This document shows positions 61,123-64,000 of a stretch of DNA of 64,000 nt, piece by piece (position 1 is the first letter of the stretch; every line of letters begins with the position of its first letter). The position numbers and the translations under genes were made by a program. The notes beneath the pieces are model-generated. The model was not told where the DNA came from, did no database searches, and worked only from the letters and a program-made list of their open reading frames with translations. The stretch covers positions 186,001-250,000 of the forward strand of contig QPMI01000520.1 of NCBI GenBank assembly GCA_004431415.1. Direction: 5' to 3'. This DNA is from Cyanophora paradoxa CCMP329. Taxonomy: Eukaryota; Plantae; Glaucophyta.

Positions 61123-62117
61123 ATGCTCAGCTGGTGGCCAAAGCGCGAGCCCGATGACATCTGGCGCGAACTCCAGAGGAGCCAGAGCGTCGGCCGGGCC
61201 CGCAGCACCGTCGAGGGGCTCCTTCGCGAGATGCAGAAGCGGGACGAGCTCCAGCGCGACCTCATCGACGCGCTCCGGCGCGAGAACGACGACCTAAGAG
61301 AAAAATGCGGGCAGAAGCGCCGCAACTGGAACACCTGGAGCAGCAGCGAATCACCAGCTGGGTTCCAGGTTCGAGGTCCCAGCGAAGCGCCTAGGCCTGC
61401 GCATGCAGCAGGAGACAGCGAGCCTTTACAGTCCTCTGCCGCGTCCACGTTGCCTTGCAACCGTACGCATGCAGCCTACTTCGCTCACTTCTGCTGCCCA
61501 TTGACGCCAGGGCCGCAGCGCCTCCGAACGCGTCCGCGGCGCCGGCGCCGGCGCCACCACCGCGCGCGCGACGCGTTGTGCGGGTGGCGTACGACGTGCG
61601 GGGCACGCTCGTCTTCTCGGGAGGGAACGTCGTCCGGTGCCTTCTCGATGCAGCGAAGGCGATACTCGCATCGCGCGGCGTCGATCTAGAGTTTAGCGGG
61701 AGCGCGTCGGAGCCGGCGCCCCAGGCGGCGATGCTGTTCTGGCGGGAGGAAAGCCGAGGCGCGCCGGACCAGGTCCTCGCCGCGCTGTCGGAGCTCGCGC
61801 CCGGTGCGCCCGCCCCTTCCCCATTCTCGCCATAAGCCCCCCTCCCGCCCCCACACTCCTTAACGCCACCCGCAGCGGCGCCGCGGAGGGCCGTGGTCTT
61901 TATGCACCGCGCGCAGCTCGAGCCGGGCGAGCCGCGGCCCAGGGCGATGCGGCACGAGGCGTTCGTGGCGGACCGCCTGCGGCCGGCGGCGGCGGCGCTG
62001 CTGGACGGCGTCTTCGACGACACGGTCGAAAACGTCGCGGAGGTGGCGCTCGCCGCCCAGCAGAACGCGGCGCTCGTCGGCGCGCTCGCCGACTTCCTCG
62101 CCGCGAGCGCGAGCTAG
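61123..62117 (+). CDS. Hypothetical protein: N-terminal coiled coil + C-terminal alpha/beta domain; start could instead be 61231
   Basis: VEGLLREMQKRDELQRDLIDALRRENDDLREK; then VVRVAYDVRGTL..AAMLFWREESRGAPDQVLAALSEL..AVVFMHR..QNAALVGALADFL*; two canonical introns. Confidence 0.65.
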
Positions 62118-62350
62118 CCAGCCAGCCCAGGTAGACCGGGCAATGAGTCGAGGCGTTCACCGAATGCGTGCAGGCCTATCCCTTGCCACGGCGCCCCCTC
62201 CCGGTCCAGCTTCCAGCGCGCGGTGGGCGAGCGGGAGACGCCACGCGGGAGCCCCGATCCCACAGAGACCCAGGGCTGGCACGCCACGAGCGCGGGGCCT
62301 CAGCGTCTTAGCCTCGGGGATCGTATTGTACAGCGCGCTGCCCTGCCCGG

Positions 62351-63333
62351 CTACTTTGCTTCCAGCGCGGGGCGCTTCGCGGGGTCCGCCTGCCGCCGCA
62401 CCGCCCCAGTCAAGGGCGGGCGGGGAGGGACGGGGCCGGGGCGGCGGACCAGCTCCCAGAGATACGTGGCGAGCTCGGTCCTGCCCATCTCGCCCGGCCG
62501 CACGTGGAAGGGCCGCACGTCCGCCGAGTCCTTCACGCTCACGTCTGCGCCACGCCGCCGCCGCGCCCCGGTGAGCGGGCGGGCGGGCCGGCTGCGGGCG
62601 GGCGGGCGGGCGGAGCGCACAGCCCTTGACGTCGGGAGACGAGCGGTCCCACTTCACGCGCGTCGCGTGCGCGTAGAGCTCCAGAGCAAAGCTGCCCCCG
62701 GCCACGTCGGCCGCGGCGGCGCGCGCCACACACGCCCGGCGACGCACCTCTCCCGCTCGATGTCCCGCTTCTCCAGCTCCGCAATGTCCTGCGCCTGGCC
62801 CTGCAGCTGCTCCACCGTCCTGCGCATCTCCTTTATCTGCCCCTCCAGCGCTCTGCGGGCGCGCAGCGGGGTCAAGCAAGCGGCAACACTCGGCGGCGCT
62901 ACAAAAGTTTATACAGAGCGCACATTCTCTCAGCTTCCATCCGCTTTATGTTCTCCAGAATCGTCTCTTTCTGCCTCTGCACCGTTCGCATCTTCTCCTG
63001 GTGCACCCGCTCAGGCTCCGGCCTCTTCGAGTCCGCCCGCACGCGCTCCACGTTATCGGAAAGCTCTGCCAACGGAAAAGGCGAGGGCGTGCCGTTAGCT
63101 AGGTATGACGCAGGCCGAGGTTTGTCCGAGCACTGGCTCAGCTGGAGGGCGGGCGCACCCCGAAGCGCATGCTTTAGCCGCTCCCTATGCTGCGTGCAGA
63201 CTTCCTTCGCTTCGAGCTGCATCTGCCGAATGCTGTGGATCTTCGCGACGTCCTTGCTCTGCGACTCCTCGTACACGTCCATGAGCTGATCAAGCATGCT
63301 CATCGCCTCCAGCAGGTTCGGCAGGCCCGCCAT
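62351..63333 (-). CDS. SPC24: Kinetochore Ndc80-complex subunit Spc24
   Basis: Long coiled coil followed by an RWD-like tail LELYAHATRVKWD..VKGYVS..VRPFHV..ELATYLWEL. Confidence 0.75.
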
Positions 63334-64000
63334 CGCTAGCTTCGTCGGAGGAACCGTTTGAGTCGCGATTACCGTAGCCCGACGTCAAGCCAACAAGCCG
63401 CCATGCTTCAAGCCAAGAGCCAATTGCAAGCCGATGCGGATTGCGGCTTGCGGCTTGACTGGAATTTGATCTTCAACGCGTATACGTACAGCGGCCGTAG
63501 CTATAGTACGGTTGCAATAAATTGCCACGGCCGCGGTGCACGTGCGCGTGCCACGGCCGCCGTGCACGTGTGCTATGCGCTACTGTAGATCTAGCTAGGC
63601 TATAGTTAACGTTAGCTCTAGCTGTCGACGTCGCGCGCCAAACAACCCCACATGCACACGTGGTTAACGTCGCCCCTTTTCCGCAAACCAGATCCCAGCG
63701 CCCCAAGAAGGCATGCGCTTGCACGAGGGCCTGAAAAAGAAGTTTGAACACATGATCGCATCAAGAGCTACGGCTCGGGAGCTGGATACACAAGAGCCGA
63801 ATACGAATCAGGAGCACGCTGGGCTCCGTAACAGAAGGGCAGCTTTATACACGAACTCATGATGAATGATACAATCTCAAATTTTGTGGCGAGCTCAAGG
63901 GCTGCTGAAAAATAGATAAGAGCATATAGTGCAGCAGATTGCTGAGTACCTGCATACGAGACCGAAGCACACACTGCAAGAGAACTACGCCTGATTCCTG

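Noticed and set aside
63855-63950. Possible C/D-box snoRNA (ATGATGA ... CTGA ... CTGA)
   Set aside because: The boxes are short and I could not recognise an rRNA or snRNA complementary guide or a convincing C' box. It needs snoscan and small-RNA data.
1-64000. Hundreds of long overlapping Arg/Gly/Pro/Ala-rich ORFs on both strands
   Set aside because: These are expected from very high GC and stop-codon scarcity. They are shadow frames or intron read-through of the spliced genes.

Overview
This is a very GC-rich, intron-dense eukaryotic nuclear sequence, so the six-frame ORF track is misleading and the genes below were assembled by hand from exons. About 23 protein-coding genes are present, mostly in head-to-head pairs, with short introns (mostly 55-80 nt) of which roughly one in five has a GC donor. 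Phe-near-N-terminus plastid transit peptides, a thylakoid-lumen protein and the centriole protein POC5 together suggest a glaucophyte alga such as Cyanophora (inference). Recognisable genes: formin, CDC123, EamA/DMT transporter, TL17-like pentapeptide protein, long RelA/SpoT homologue, ETF-QO, single-HKD PLD-family protein, pescadillo, PDCD2, GliK-like gamma-glutamylcyclotransferase, POC5, an inverted pair of AAA ATPases, PAXBP1/GCFC, a TLDc+IFI44-like GTPase and SPC24. The most interesting candidates are: (1) a formin apparently fused to an N-terminal CBM20 starch-binding module, next to a tandem-CBM20/coiled-coil gene, possibly a cytosolic starch-granule/actin tethering system; (2) an IFI44-like gene placed almost start-to-start with an unknown coiled-coil plus possibly TIR-like gene; (3) unusual splicing grammar; (4) patchwork gene conversion in the inverted AAA pair; (5) intergenic DNA built from a shared palindromic vocabulary. 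Several frameshifts in G/C runs look like assembly indels, so exon joins in low-complexity regions are provisional. No tRNA, rRNA, CRISPR array or autonomous transposon was found.
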